DNA of 64,000 nucleotides from a virus (IMGVR_UViG_3300028833_002727); one strand, 5' to 3'; positions 41,145-50,771 are shown, counted from the stretch's first letter. A program made the numbers and translations. Notes: generated from the letters alone by a model not told the origin.

Positions 41145-41449
41145 CTTGGTTTTCTTGCGTTTTTAAGTTGCTCTTCAAACCACTTTTTGTGATTTTGAAA
41201 AGACTCTCTTATAATTTCATCTCTATGTTCTTTAATGTATTCTAAACCCTCTTCTTTAGTTAAAAAAACATACTTTTCTGGTTTATCGTAAATACCATAT
41301 GTATCAGTTCCAGAACCATGATAATAGCCATTTTCAATCTTTGTTATTTGAAACGGTAATAGATACGGTTCGTTAACTGGTTCATTTGCTTTACCATATA
41401 CGCTATGTTCTAAACACCAACAAACGTCATCAATTTTTATGTCTTTCAT
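41141..41449 (-). CDS. Hypothetical protein
   Basis: 102-aa ORF overlapping both neighbours. Confidence 0.55.
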   Translation of the reverse strand: MKDIKIDDVCWCLEHSVYGKANEPVNEPYLLPFQITKIENGYYHGSGTDTYGIYDKPEKYVFLTKEEGLEYIKEHRDEIIRESFQNHKKWFEEQLKNARKPR

Positions 41450-41960
41450 ATTTACACATTTGTTTTCTTTTCTTTTTATTTTTCTTTACCCTTTTAGTAA
41501 TTACTTGACAAAGCAATGCTGTTACTTCTGCTTCAGCATCAATTTTCTCCCCACTTTCAAGCATTCTTTCGCATTTCCTCCAGATTGATGGGAATAATTT
41601 TTTATATAGTTTATGTAGACGTTTTGGTTCTAACACAACACCACGGCTATATAATCTCCTGATTGTTGGGAATACAATTGTATCGAAATATTTATCATCC
41701 TCACAATATGTGCTGCTGCCACTCCACACAAGTTGAGCATCACTTATATCAACTTTAGTATTTTCCTTATAGTTAAGTAAATATCGAACCATAGCATCAA
41801 AAGCATTTGAGCATATGATTTCACCATCATCTGATAAACCTCGTGTAAATCCTAAATCATACCATAAATTTAACACTACTGAATTTGGTGTGTTTAATTC
41901 ATCCGAATCAATAATGTTGTATGTATAATCTTGTGATATATATTCAATTAAATTCGTCAT
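41430..41960 (-). CDS. Miniature paralogue of the major capsid protein
   Basis: WYDLGFTRGL, FDTIVFPTIRRLYSR and IDAEAEVTALL match gp23 WSNLGFTRGL, FETVVFPLVRRVFSR and IDAEAELTAIL, in order. Confidence 0.8.
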   Translation of the reverse strand: MTNLIEYISQDYTYNIIDSDELNTPNSVVLNLWYDLGFTRGLSDDGEIICSNAFDAMVRYLLNYKENTKVDISDAQLVWSGSSTYCEDDKYFDTIVFPTIRRLYSRGVVLEPKRLHKLYKKLFPSIWRKCERMLESGEKIDAEAEVTALLCQVITKRVKKNKKKRKQMCKYERHKN

Positions 41961-44900
41961 TTTTCGTTTTCTGTCTTGATTACTTTGTCAATTATCAATT
42001 GTTTTCGTAGAACAATATCCCACATGTGTTGATATTGTGTGTTTCTAAATATCTGATAATATATGTCAACTTCTTTTGTTTGCCCTATTCTGTGTATTCT
42101 ATCTTCCATTTGCCTATTATCACCTGCGACAAATGACATATTATTGAATATAAGTGATTTAGCAACTACAAGGGTTAGTCCCACCCCGCAAGCGTCCATA
42201 TTTCCGATAAGTACTTTTATTTCAGGATTATCAATGAATGCGTATTTATTTTTCTCTTTTTCTTTTGGTGTACATTTACCATTGATAATTACCGCCTGTT
42301 TACCATAGTATTCTTTTAAAGTATACAATTCTTCATCATAGCAAGTAGCAATAATCACTTTATCTTCAGTTTCAAGTATCTTATCTGCAAGTTTAATGGT
42401 GTTGCTAACCATTTCATTAGATAAATACTTTCTATATATACCACCTTCAAGCAAATCTTTATTTAACTCTTTTTCAGGATCAGCGGTTAACTGCGCTTCC
42501 TCATATTCATCCCAGAGTTTGTTGTATTCAGATAATTGTTGTGGCGATAAATCATAGAATACTTCATGTACGTTTTTACCAGGTAACGTTAGTACATCAT
42601 CTTTTACACGACGTAAATATAAATGTGAAATACATTCCTTCAATTCATCAAGGTTTGATGCTCCATTTGCCTTTAATAATTTATCAGCATGGTCGTTTAT
42701 ATATGTACGCATTTCATCATATTCATCGGACGTTAGTTCACGCACCAATTGTTTCGCATTTTCGTTAACATATTTCATTAACTCCTTCTGATCAGCAAGT
42801 GGTTTTTCCTTCAATTGTTTCCCAAATAAGAAATCAATCTTCCATTTATCGTATTCACCTGGTTTGTATATAAGTTCTGCTTCACAATATCTATATTTGT
42901 AAGCATCCATATCACATGTAACTTGGTTCTCAATTAAATGTAGAATATAGAACAAATTCAATGGATTATTTGTAATAGGTGTACCTGTTGCAAGGAATAC
43001 AGAGTCTGGGTTTGCCTTTTTAATTAACCCTTGTATTACCTTGTAACGTTGCGATTTATTGTTTGATAATCTGTGTGCCTCATCAACGATTAAACACGAT
43101 TTCTTTTTGTGAATATATTTCAAAATTGGGCTATTATCTAACACACGTTTTTTTGATTCTTCGGTGTAAGCACGGGAGAAATCATAGAACTCATCCAAAA
43201 TATCATAGTTTACAATAACGAAGCGGTTTTCACGCCATTTACCCTTCTCTTTAGCCTCTTTAATGAGTTCAGTTTTTTTCATTTTTGTTTTACCAACAGG
43301 GTATCCGAGAAAAGTTTCAAGTTCATCTTTCTTCATTTTCTCGAAACCACCCTCAACAATTGTAATATCTCTTTCTGGTACATACCACATCAACTCTCTT
43401 TTCCAATCGTTTTTCAATGTGGCTGGACAAATGATTAACACAGAGTCAAAATTACCCTCAATTGCCGCTACGGATAGTTCACAGGTGTTATGAGTTACAA
43501 CATAATTTTTTGATGTCAAATAGGTATTATCACATGAGTTCACCATTAAACATGTTGCATCTTCGTTTCTATTATATTCAACAGATTTAATACGTTTTGT
43601 ACAATATTTTTTAAATGTTGGTTTATATCTATCTCTTTTTCTTTTTAAATAAAATGGGTTATCTTTTATTTGTATTAAAACTTGATATTCTAAACCTTTA
43701 TTTATGCGTTGATATGAATGTATTCTTCCTATACCACCTAATGAAAACACTAATTCGCAAATGTCATTTGCTAGTTTTTGTGATTTTGTTGAAAAAACTA
43801 TTTTATTATTTTTTTCTGTTATACTACCGTCAGAATCCATCAATCCGCGTAACAAATCTAAACGCTGACTTATCGACCCGTACTTATATTCATCTGGTAT
43901 AAACTTATAATTACCATGAACGTTTAATCCGAGACGTTTTATTTCCTCGTAATATATGTTGCTTTTATTGTTATTTACTTTTTTTCTAATTTTGTATCTT
44001 GGGCAACCATTTGTTTTTTGGTATGATAATGTATATCTATCGTCTAATAAATTTTCAATCCTTTGTACGCTTTCAATTTCGCTATCTGGTATTGAAATAT
44101 TAATTCCGTCATTACACATATTTCCATCACCAATACACATACCTAATATATAAGGGTGAATTTGATAATTTTTTTCATAATACTGTACTTGATTTGCTGT
44201 TGGTATTTGATATTTGTATATTTTTCGTTTTCTACCACTATATATACCATTTTCAATAATTTCTTTTAATGATAACACTTTCCAACCTTTATTTCTTGTT
44301 ATCATGTTATTGTCTCTAACAACCCACAAATGTTCAATACCGCAATCTACATATGTATCATCAGTGAATGTTACGCGATATATTTCTTTATCTTTATGCG
44401 GAAATATTTTCAAAACATTACATGGTTTACCATCTGATCCAAACACAATATCACCGACACATATATCACCCATTCGTTTAAAACCATTAATAGTTGGAAT
44501 CATTGATGAATTTGGCTCCATTTTTCCCAATCCCATATCGTCCGCTAAAATACAACGTTTTCTTGATAAAAGGAATTGAACTGCCTCTTTTTGGTGTTCT
44601 TTTAACACACGAGTAGGGTCTTTTGCTGATGATAGGTTATCATATCTATTAAAATCAACTTTGTAGTCGTGATAATCTTCAACAAAGAAGTTGTTCAACA
44701 CTGCATTCTTCGGAATGAAACACATTACAGGGTCGACTGTTTGACGATATTTAACGTAACAGCAATAGTATCCGTCTGCTTCGCCACAGTAGGATACAAT
44801 TTTAATTTTCTCTGGAACGAAATCTAACCCCCATGCAATTTTTCTATTCTCACCATACCAGTCTGGTATTTTAGTAATTTTATTGATTGGAATTGGACTA

Positions 44901-45064
44901 ACATCTTTATTTTCCAGAATGAAATCAACTTTGAAGTCAGTCAAAGAGTTTTCTTTTTTGTCTATGTATATATCTCTTTTTACCATATGAATATAAGGGT
45001 TGTTACCCTTGTAATCATATAGTATGTCGAGTGCTTCATCTAATCTTCGTTCTGCTTGTGTCAT
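41957..45064 (-). CDS. SNF2-family helicase, intein-containing
   Basis: LADDMGLGK[intein]T, IVDEAH, ATGTPITN, GVGLTL, QMEDRIHRIGQ. Confidence 0.92.
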   Translation of the reverse strand: MTQAERRLDEALDILYDYKGNNPYIHMVKRDIYIDKKENSLTDFKVDFILENKDVSPIPINKITKIPDWYGENRKIAWGLDFVPEKIKIVSYCGEADGYYCCYVKYRQTVDPVMCFIPKNAVLNNFFVEDYHDYKVDFNRYDNLSSAKDPTRVLKEHQKEAVQFLLSRKRCILADDMGLGKMEPNSSMIPTINGFKRMGDICVGDIVFGSDGKPCNVLKIFPHKDKEIYRVTFTDDTYVDCGIEHLWVVRDNNMITRNKGWKVLSLKEIIENGIYSGRKRKIYKYQIPTANQVQYYEKNYQIHPYILGMCIGDGNMCNDGINISIPDSEIESVQRIENLLDDRYTLSYQKTNGCPRYKIRKKVNNNKSNIYYEEIKRLGLNVHGNYKFIPDEYKYGSISQRLDLLRGLMDSDGSITEKNNKIVFSTKSQKLANDICELVFSLGGIGRIHSYQRINKGLEYQVLIQIKDNPFYLKRKRDRYKPTFKKYCTKRIKSVEYNRNEDATCLMVNSCDNTYLTSKNYVVTHNTCELSVAAIEGNFDSVLIICPATLKNDWKRELMWYVPERDITIVEGGFEKMKKDELETFLGYPVGKTKMKKTELIKEAKEKGKWRENRFVIVNYDILDEFYDFSRAYTEESKKRVLDNSPILKYIHKKKSCLIVDEAHRLSNNKSQRYKVIQGLIKKANPDSVFLATGTPITNNPLNLFYILHLIENQVTCDMDAYKYRYCEAELIYKPGEYDKWKIDFLFGKQLKEKPLADQKELMKYVNENAKQLVRELTSDEYDEMRTYINDHADKLLKANGASNLDELKECISHLYLRRVKDDVLTLPGKNVHEVFYDLSPQQLSEYNKLWDEYEEAQLTADPEKELNKDLLEGGIYRKYLSNEMVSNTIKLADKILETEDKVIIATCYDEELYTLKEYYGKQAVIINGKCTPKEKEKNKYAFIDNPEIKVLIGNMDACGVGLTLVVAKSLIFNNMSFVAGDNRQMEDRIHRIGQTKEVDIYYQIFRNTQYQHMWDIVLRKQLIIDKVIKTENEK
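43487..44521 (-). mobile_element. Class 3 intein (345 aa) with LAGLIDADG endonuclease
   Basis: Inserted in Walker A GK|T; starts MEPN, block B HLW, block F TCLMV, ends VVTHN; LGMCIGDG and LRGLMDSDG. Confidence 0.88.
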
Positions 45065-45612
45065 TAGTTGATGTTTTTAAATCTTGCTTTATATGCTTGT
45101 TCGTCTTGTATATCTTCACCTTTCACATTTCTAAACCTCCAACCTTTCGGACATAGGCTTGTAGTTTCTAAACCTAACCTTTCTCCAGCAACTAACCCCG
45201 CTTCATCCGCTCCAGTTTGTCCACCACTTCTAACTTTTTGGATGTTACAACCACTTTCAATAAGATAATGCAGCACGTTATAAACTAAATCATTAACACG
45301 TTCTTGTGTAATACCGTCTTGGTTGAATGTGTATATACCGTTACCAGCAATATTAAGACTTGTTATATTGTGTTTTTGAATATATTTGGATAGTTTTTCA
45401 AGTATTTCTGAATATGTTGAACATAGCCGCCCACTTTCATTTAGAATAAAAATGTACGGGTCTTTCTGACATACTTTACAATAGTTCAAAGTACATTTTT
45501 CACCAGCCGTTGATATGTCACGAACAAATATGAGTGTTAAATCAGATAGTTCAATGTTCATAAACGTTCTGTGTTGGTAATTTGTGCAAGTATCTTCAAC
45601 AAAATTTATCAT
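45064..45612 (-). CDS. Circularly permuted SLOG (molybdenum-carrier-like) protein
   Basis: Y..RT..NI..SD.TLIF, LNIAGN, then SGGQTGAD...CPKGW. Confidence 0.7.
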   Translation of the reverse strand: MINFVEDTCTNYQHRTFMNIELSDLTLIFVRDISTAGEKCTLNYCKVCQKDPYIFILNESGRLCSTYSEILEKLSKYIQKHNITSLNIAGNGIYTFNQDGITQERVNDLVYNVLHYLIESGCNIQKVRSGGQTGADEAGLVAGERLGLETTSLCPKGWRFRNVKGEDIQDEQAYKARFKNIN

Positions 45613-45666
45613 ATATTCTTTTTTGTAAATATACACATTTTTTTCAGATTTTCAAGATTAAAGGCA

Positions 45667-45697
45667 TAAAAAAAAGGACTTCGAAAAGCCCCTTTTC
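45667..45697 (-). terminator. Intrinsic terminator
   Basis: Minus strand AGGGGCTT-TTCG-AAGTCCTT plus T run. Confidence 0.7.
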
Positions 45698-45700
45698 ATG

Positions 45701-46789
45701 TTATAAAGCGTCTGTTAAACGGTTTCGTAAACCAAGTGCATCAATAATTGGTTCTAATTGTAATTTCAACTCTGGATTAACAAGTCTTGTAGGTTTTTTT
45801 GAACCATCTGGCATAACCAAAGTATATGAAATGAACAAACATTTATCTTCCATTAAATTCCAAACACTTGATTTCTCAGCTGTAATCAATGCAAGTGCAT
45901 CAACGAATTGTTTTTCATCAGCCTCAAGTTCTTGTTCAATCTTAGGTTGTTTGAATTTGTAAGCCAACGTGTAAACAATATCTTTATTTACTTCCTCGTA
46001 TGTATCATCATTTAAGTCGTGTAAGAAGAAACGTGGTTCGCCATATTTTACTGGTTTTTGTCTTAAAGCGTGTTTACCTGTTAGTGGATCCTTCCATGAG
46101 TCTTGGAAACCATCCTCTGAGCCTGAGTCGTTGTATGTATTACCACCTGATTTTACAATTGGCATGACACCAGCGCCACCATATGTGTATTTTGCCTCGC
46201 CAGCATGTTCGCCACTTTTATAAATAGTTGATTTGTTTCTCCATGTGTCTTCTGCGCCATCAGCACCGAAACCAGATGCACGACGCAAATCAATTTCTTT
46301 GTCATTTAGTGCTGCATAGAACTGAGCTAATGTTTGTCTATCCATCCAAGCCATTGAATATTCTTGGAACTTGATAATTTCATAGTTTTCTTTAACAGGG
46401 AATTTGAATGATTTTGCTTTACCTGGATTAGTAATGAAATTGTTCATATCATCCATTGTAGTTCCAAGATAGTCATTGAATTTCTCGCCTGTATTACCAT
46501 TTAGTTTTGCTGACAATTCATTATATGAGTCTTTTGTTGGGTATGTTCTACTCAATGCGAGTTTTTCTGTTGTAACATAACCAACGTGTACTTGCCATCC
46601 TTTTTTAATTCTACCAATGTAGTTTTCAAATCTATCACCAGTAATAGCATGGTTATCTACTTCACCTAAGCCTTCTTTTACGAGTTTGAAGTTAACATGT
46701 GCGTTTGCTTCATCTTTTGTGTAGTGTTTGTCCATGCGTTCCATTAGGCTTTGCATTTGAACCAATTGTACTTTTGTTCCTTTATCCAT
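45701..46789 (-). CDS. Hypothetical, possibly an internal head protein
   Basis: N-terminal SLMERMD shared with the scaffold C-terminus; late-like motif at 46823-46830. Confidence 0.6.
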   Translation of the reverse strand: MDKGTKVQLVQMQSLMERMDKHYTKDEANAHVNFKLVKEGLGEVDNHAITGDRFENYIGRIKKGWQVHVGYVTTEKLALSRTYPTKDSYNELSAKLNGNTGEKFNDYLGTTMDDMNNFITNPGKAKSFKFPVKENYEIIKFQEYSMAWMDRQTLAQFYAALNDKEIDLRRASGFGADGAEDTWRNKSTIYKSGEHAGEAKYTYGGAGVMPIVKSGGNTYNDSGSEDGFQDSWKDPLTGKHALRQKPVKYGEPRFFLHDLNDDTYEEVNKDIVYTLAYKFKQPKIEQELEADEKQFVDALALITAEKSSVWNLMEDKCLFISYTLVMPDGSKKPTRLVNPELKLQLEPIIDALGLRNRLTDAL

Positions 46790-46919
46790 TTTTGTAGTGA
46801 TTTTTTAATGTGTTATTTCACAATAAATATACGATTATTATCTAAAACTTCAGTGTTTTTATTCTGAAAATGTATTTATAAGTAAATAATAATGTATATA
46901 GGTAAAATAGATTAGAAAA

Positions 46920-47063
46920 ATGGCAAAAGCAACAGGCTCTGCATTCATTTATTTGGAGAGAGCACACAAAAAACGTCCGGGTGTTATATCAAAATGTAAA
47001 AACTCAAAATTGAAGAGTTCAAAACACTACAAGAAAGCATATCGCGGACAAGGAAGAGCATAA
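46920..47063 (+). CDS. 47-aa basic peptide ending YRGQG, missing from the ORF track
   Basis: MAKATGSAFIYLERAHKKRPGVISKCKNSKLKSSKHYKKAYRGQGRA*; late motif at 46872-46879. Confidence 0.7.
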   Translation: MAKATGSAFIYLERAHKKRPGVISKCKNSKLKSSKHYKKAYRGQGRA

Positions 47064-47093
47064 TAATAAAGAATTTAAACACATTTGTTGACT

Positions 47094-47297
47094 ATGGAAA
47101 TAATGGATCAGGTTATTCAGAACTGGCTAGAAAAAGATACTAGTGATGTTAATGAATATTGTAATGGTGTAAGAGTTGAACCTAAAGTAGAATTAACAGT
47201 TAAGGAAGATGAGGTTGAAACACCTTTTAATCGTTTCTATAACGATGAAAATTTAATTATTAATTTTGGTGGTGGAGATAAAACCGTTGTAAAATAA
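47094..47297 (+). CDS. Hypothetical small protein
   Basis: ORF filling the late operon. Confidence 0.5.
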   Translation: MEIMDQVIQNWLEKDTSDVNEYCNGVRVEPKVELTVKEDEVETPFNRFYNDENLIINFGGGDKTVVK

Positions 47298-47323
47298 AAT
47301 TATTTTTCAAATAACCAAAAATT

Positions 47324-47869
47324 ATGCCGAAAATATCTGACGAAAATATAAAAAGAAAAAATCCTATTAACAGAAATAACCTATTTACATCTGATAAGAC
47401 TATTGATTTTCAGGTGAGTATCGGCATGGAGTATATTAACAAAATACTCAATCAAACGGTTGTGTTATATGAGATTGATAGAGAGAACACAAAAATTGAT
47501 GATGTCATATACGAAGCAAAGTTTGATGATTTGGTTTTCAAAACACCAATTGAGCTGAATGTTATGTACAAACTTGATAAAGCCGAGTTACAAACTTATG
47601 ACAATACCAGTATTAAAGGTTATTATTTGAAAGTTGGTAAACTTGACTTTACAATCTATGATAAGGAATTGATTGAGAACGACTGCGATATACACCGTGG
47701 TGATTACATTGGTTTGCAGGTAACTAACGACAGAATGGAATATTTTGTTGTTACTGATGATGGCAGAATTAACTATGATAACGAGCATACTTTGTGGGGT
47801 ACTAAACCTGTTTACAGAACAATAAGTTGTAGTGTTGTTAGTGATAAAACTGAAACACAAAATATATAA
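47324..47869 (+). CDS. Neck/head-closure protein, gp14-like
   Basis: TVVLYEID...DDVIYEA...F..P, RGDYIG; context upstream of sheath. Confidence 0.6.
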   Translation: MPKISDENIKRKNPINRNNLFTSDKTIDFQVSIGMEYINKILNQTVVLYEIDRENTKIDDVIYEAKFDDLVFKTPIELNVMYKLDKAELQTYDNTSIKGYYLKVGKLDFTIYDKELIENDCDIHRGDYIGLQVTNDRMEYFVVTDDGRINYDNEHTLWGTKPVYRTISCSVVSDKTETQNI

Positions 47870-47876
47870 CGAATAT

Positions 47877-49670
47877 ATGAGTAGGAAAATTTATTTAACA
47901 GAGGAACAATTGTATCAATATATTCGCTACAAAATATCAGAAGGTATAGAATATACAGCAAACCCCAATGGCGGTATTAACTTCAGTGTTAATTCTAAAC
48001 AGGATGATGTGTCAAATAGGGATGCTGATACCCGTGTGTGGGGAAAAGCGAATGATATTTTGTATGGCGATGGCACTGCACATGGTAGAACAAAACATCT
48101 ATCAGATGTGTATATGGATGCTAATACTCGTGTTATGCAGCGTCAAAGCGCTATTGAGTTTGTTCAAAACGGGTTTAAAGGTAACATTGCATACGATGAT
48201 GATGGTTCATTCAAAAACAAAGTGTTAAAAAAGTATGCTGAATTTCAAAAATCAAGTAATAACCCAGCAGAAGATTTAATAACTTGGCTTGAGACTGGTA
48301 TCAACAGAGATAGTAACATCCAAGGTATGTATGCGGATAAATATGCAAGAACAACAAGCGCTGCTAAACACAATCAAAATGCAATGGTTCCAAGATATAA
48401 CTTAACAAAAGTTCCTGGCACAAATATTCAAGTTGTCGCATTGTATTTAACTAACGATTTTAATTTTAGTGACGCGTTAAAACATGGTAAACTCAGACAA
48501 AACGGTTTAACTGATGAATTGTTGGGTATTACACCAGATGAAAGAGAAAAAGTACAAAAATTTGGTGTTGGTAAAGAGCAATACAAAACAATTGATGTTA
48601 CGTATGATAATGGTATTAAACCAGACATACAAAACAATTTCTCTTTGAGCAATGATACTATAAATGGTGGCGACCATTTCAAAAAATCATATGGTTTAGG
48701 CGATGAAAACTATACTTCAATAACACAATTTTTAGATAAATCTATACTGACAGCAAACTACGCATTAAATCAGATTGGTTTCAAACCACAATACATTGTA
48801 TCTGCACCATCATCTAGTAAATTTAATGAATATTACTGTATAAACCTAAGTAGAAAATTAGGTATTGAATACATTAAAGATTTCTTCAAAAGAAACGTCA
48901 TCAATTTGACATTTGATGAGCGTACCGAAAACGAATTAAAACAGGCTGGTGCAAACGAAGCGGACATATTGAAAATTAAAACCGCGATTATAAATGGCGT
49001 TTATAGCGAAATATTAAATGCTATGAAACAACCAATTGTTAAATTTGTTAACGAACATGCCGACATTTTCTCTGTTATCAAAACAGAGCACTATGGTAGA
49101 GTAAATGCTGACATCAATTATACCACAAGTATCATAACAAACGATATATGTAAAAGTCTTGTAAAGGAATGTGCTACACAGAACAAAACAATGGTGTATA
49201 AAAACATTGCTAAATCATATATCAAGGGTGAGTTGATGAAAAAACAATATACTAACCCACAAGCACAACATATACGAGAGGAAGTTGGTAAGGCAATACA
49301 ACTAAAAATTGGACAAGGTGTATTTGTACAATTATTACAACAAGTCGATGCAATTTTACAACAATACAGTGATAGATTTGTAACTGGTTTCAGCATCAAA
49401 CCTAACAATAAAAAATTCAAGATAGTAGACATTGAGCAGAGATTTAGAACTTGTATACACAATGTTTATGTTATTGCTGATAAAGAATTAAATCAAGCAA
49501 CTAATCAATTGTTAACAAAATATCAAAACGCTAATTTCTTAATTTTTGACGATGACATGAATTCAGGCGCAACACTTAAAATTGTATGTAACGCATTGCA
49601 AGAGAAACTTGATAATCCAGACGAAAAAATAAAATGTTTAGTTAATGGTTTTTCATTAACAGGTAGATAA
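47877..49670 (+). CDS. Phosphoribosyltransferase-domain protein with leader
   Basis: YIVSAPSSS and FLIFDDDMNSGATL (PRPP loop); leader MSRKIYLTEEQL...ISEG. Confidence 0.7.
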   Translation: MSRKIYLTEEQLYQYIRYKISEGIEYTANPNGGINFSVNSKQDDVSNRDADTRVWGKANDILYGDGTAHGRTKHLSDVYMDANTRVMQRQSAIEFVQNGFKGNIAYDDDGSFKNKVLKKYAEFQKSSNNPAEDLITWLETGINRDSNIQGMYADKYARTTSAAKHNQNAMVPRYNLTKVPGTNIQVVALYLTNDFNFSDALKHGKLRQNGLTDELLGITPDEREKVQKFGVGKEQYKTIDVTYDNGIKPDIQNNFSLSNDTINGGDHFKKSYGLGDENYTSITQFLDKSILTANYALNQIGFKPQYIVSAPSSSKFNEYYCINLSRKLGIEYIKDFFKRNVINLTFDERTENELKQAGANEADILKIKTAIINGVYSEILNAMKQPIVKFVNEHADIFSVIKTEHYGRVNADINYTTSIITNDICKSLVKECATQNKTMVYKNIAKSYIKGELMKKQYTNPQAQHIREEVGKAIQLKIGQGVFVQLLQQVDAILQQYSDRFVTGFSIKPNNKKFKIVDIEQRFRTCIHNVYVIADKELNQATNQLLTKYQNANFLIFDDDMNSGATLKIVCNALQEKLDNPDEKIKCLVNGFSLTGR

Positions 49671-49672
49671 AT

Positions 49673-50746
49673 ATGGCTAAAGAATATAAAAACTACATAG
49701 ATTTACACCACCATTCAAGTGGTGATGAAAGAAGGTTAGAGATGTTATCTGATATATTAGAGTCAGGAACATTTCTACCTAAAACTGTGGTGTATGAAGA
49801 TATTGATGCTGACTTTATCAGGTGGGTGAAAGAGGAGTTGAAAATCACAAGTGATGATGGTGTTGAATTTCCAACTATGATATTGATTAGTAATCAACGC
49901 TTCTCTGAATATACACAATCATGGCAGTTTACAGACTCAAACAAAAATTTACTGTTAAATTTCAAATCAATAACGCGAGAAAACAACCCACAGTATGGGC
50001 AAATTCAAGGTGGTTACTGGAATATCCCTGGTGCTGATAGATTTTATTTAATGAAACGTCAATTGGTTCTTGATGATAATGGTTCAGAATCATTATTAGA
50101 TTTGAAAATGAAGCAGCCAATGGCTACAGATTTAATATACAGGTTATCAATTTTTACAACACAATACCATTCAATCAACGATTTCAACATTATGGTTAAT
50201 AAAGCATTCAGTTCAAGACAATGCTACATAAAACCAAATGGGCATTTTATGCCAATGACACTTGATGGAATTAGTGATGAGTCTTCATATAACATCAACG
50301 ATAGACAATTCTACGGGCAAACATATAATATAAAGGTTAACGCGTACGTGATTACTGAAGATGATTATAGAGTTGAGGAAGTTCCGTACAAACGTGGTTC
50401 AACATTACCAGTTATGCGAACATATAACAATACGCCAGACGTTGAAATTGATGAATGTGATGACAGTAGCGGTAAAGTAATTTTAACTATCAATTATCCG
50501 GAAAAATTAGTACACACGGTTGCAAGTTTTACAATAGATACGGATATTATTATAGATGATATAGAATTAGAAAACCTATATAATAACTATGAAATTTTCG
50601 TTAATGGTGAACTCCATGATAAAAAGACAAAACTTTCAATGATGGATGGCGATGAAATCAAAATAAAAGCAAGTAAACAAAACAAACGTGCTGAAGCGAA
50701 AATGATTTTATCTGGAAAAATCAATATTTTTTCTAAGAATATATGA
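49673..50746 (+). CDS. Tail terminator/completion protein, gp15-like
   Basis: DIDADF...P.ATDLIY.L.I.T pattern; adjacent to sheath. Confidence 0.5.
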   Translation: MAKEYKNYIDLHHHSSGDERRLEMLSDILESGTFLPKTVVYEDIDADFIRWVKEELKITSDDGVEFPTMILISNQRFSEYTQSWQFTDSNKNLLLNFKSITRENNPQYGQIQGGYWNIPGADRFYLMKRQLVLDDNGSESLLDLKMKQPMATDLIYRLSIFTTQYHSINDFNIMVNKAFSSRQCYIKPNGHFMPMTLDGISDESSYNINDRQFYGQTYNIKVNAYVITEDDYRVEEVPYKRGSTLPVMRTYNNTPDVEIDECDDSSGKVILTINYPEKLVHTVASFTIDTDIIIDDIELENLYNNYEIFVNGELHDKKTKLSMMDGDEIKIKASKQNKRAEAKMILSGKINIFSKNI

Positions 50747-50763
50747 TTTTCGTGAAGAACAAA

Positions 50764-50771
50764 GTATTTAT
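50764..50771 (+). promoter_or_regulatory. Putative late promoter GTATTTAT (sheath)
   Basis: Recurrent motif. Confidence 0.65.
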
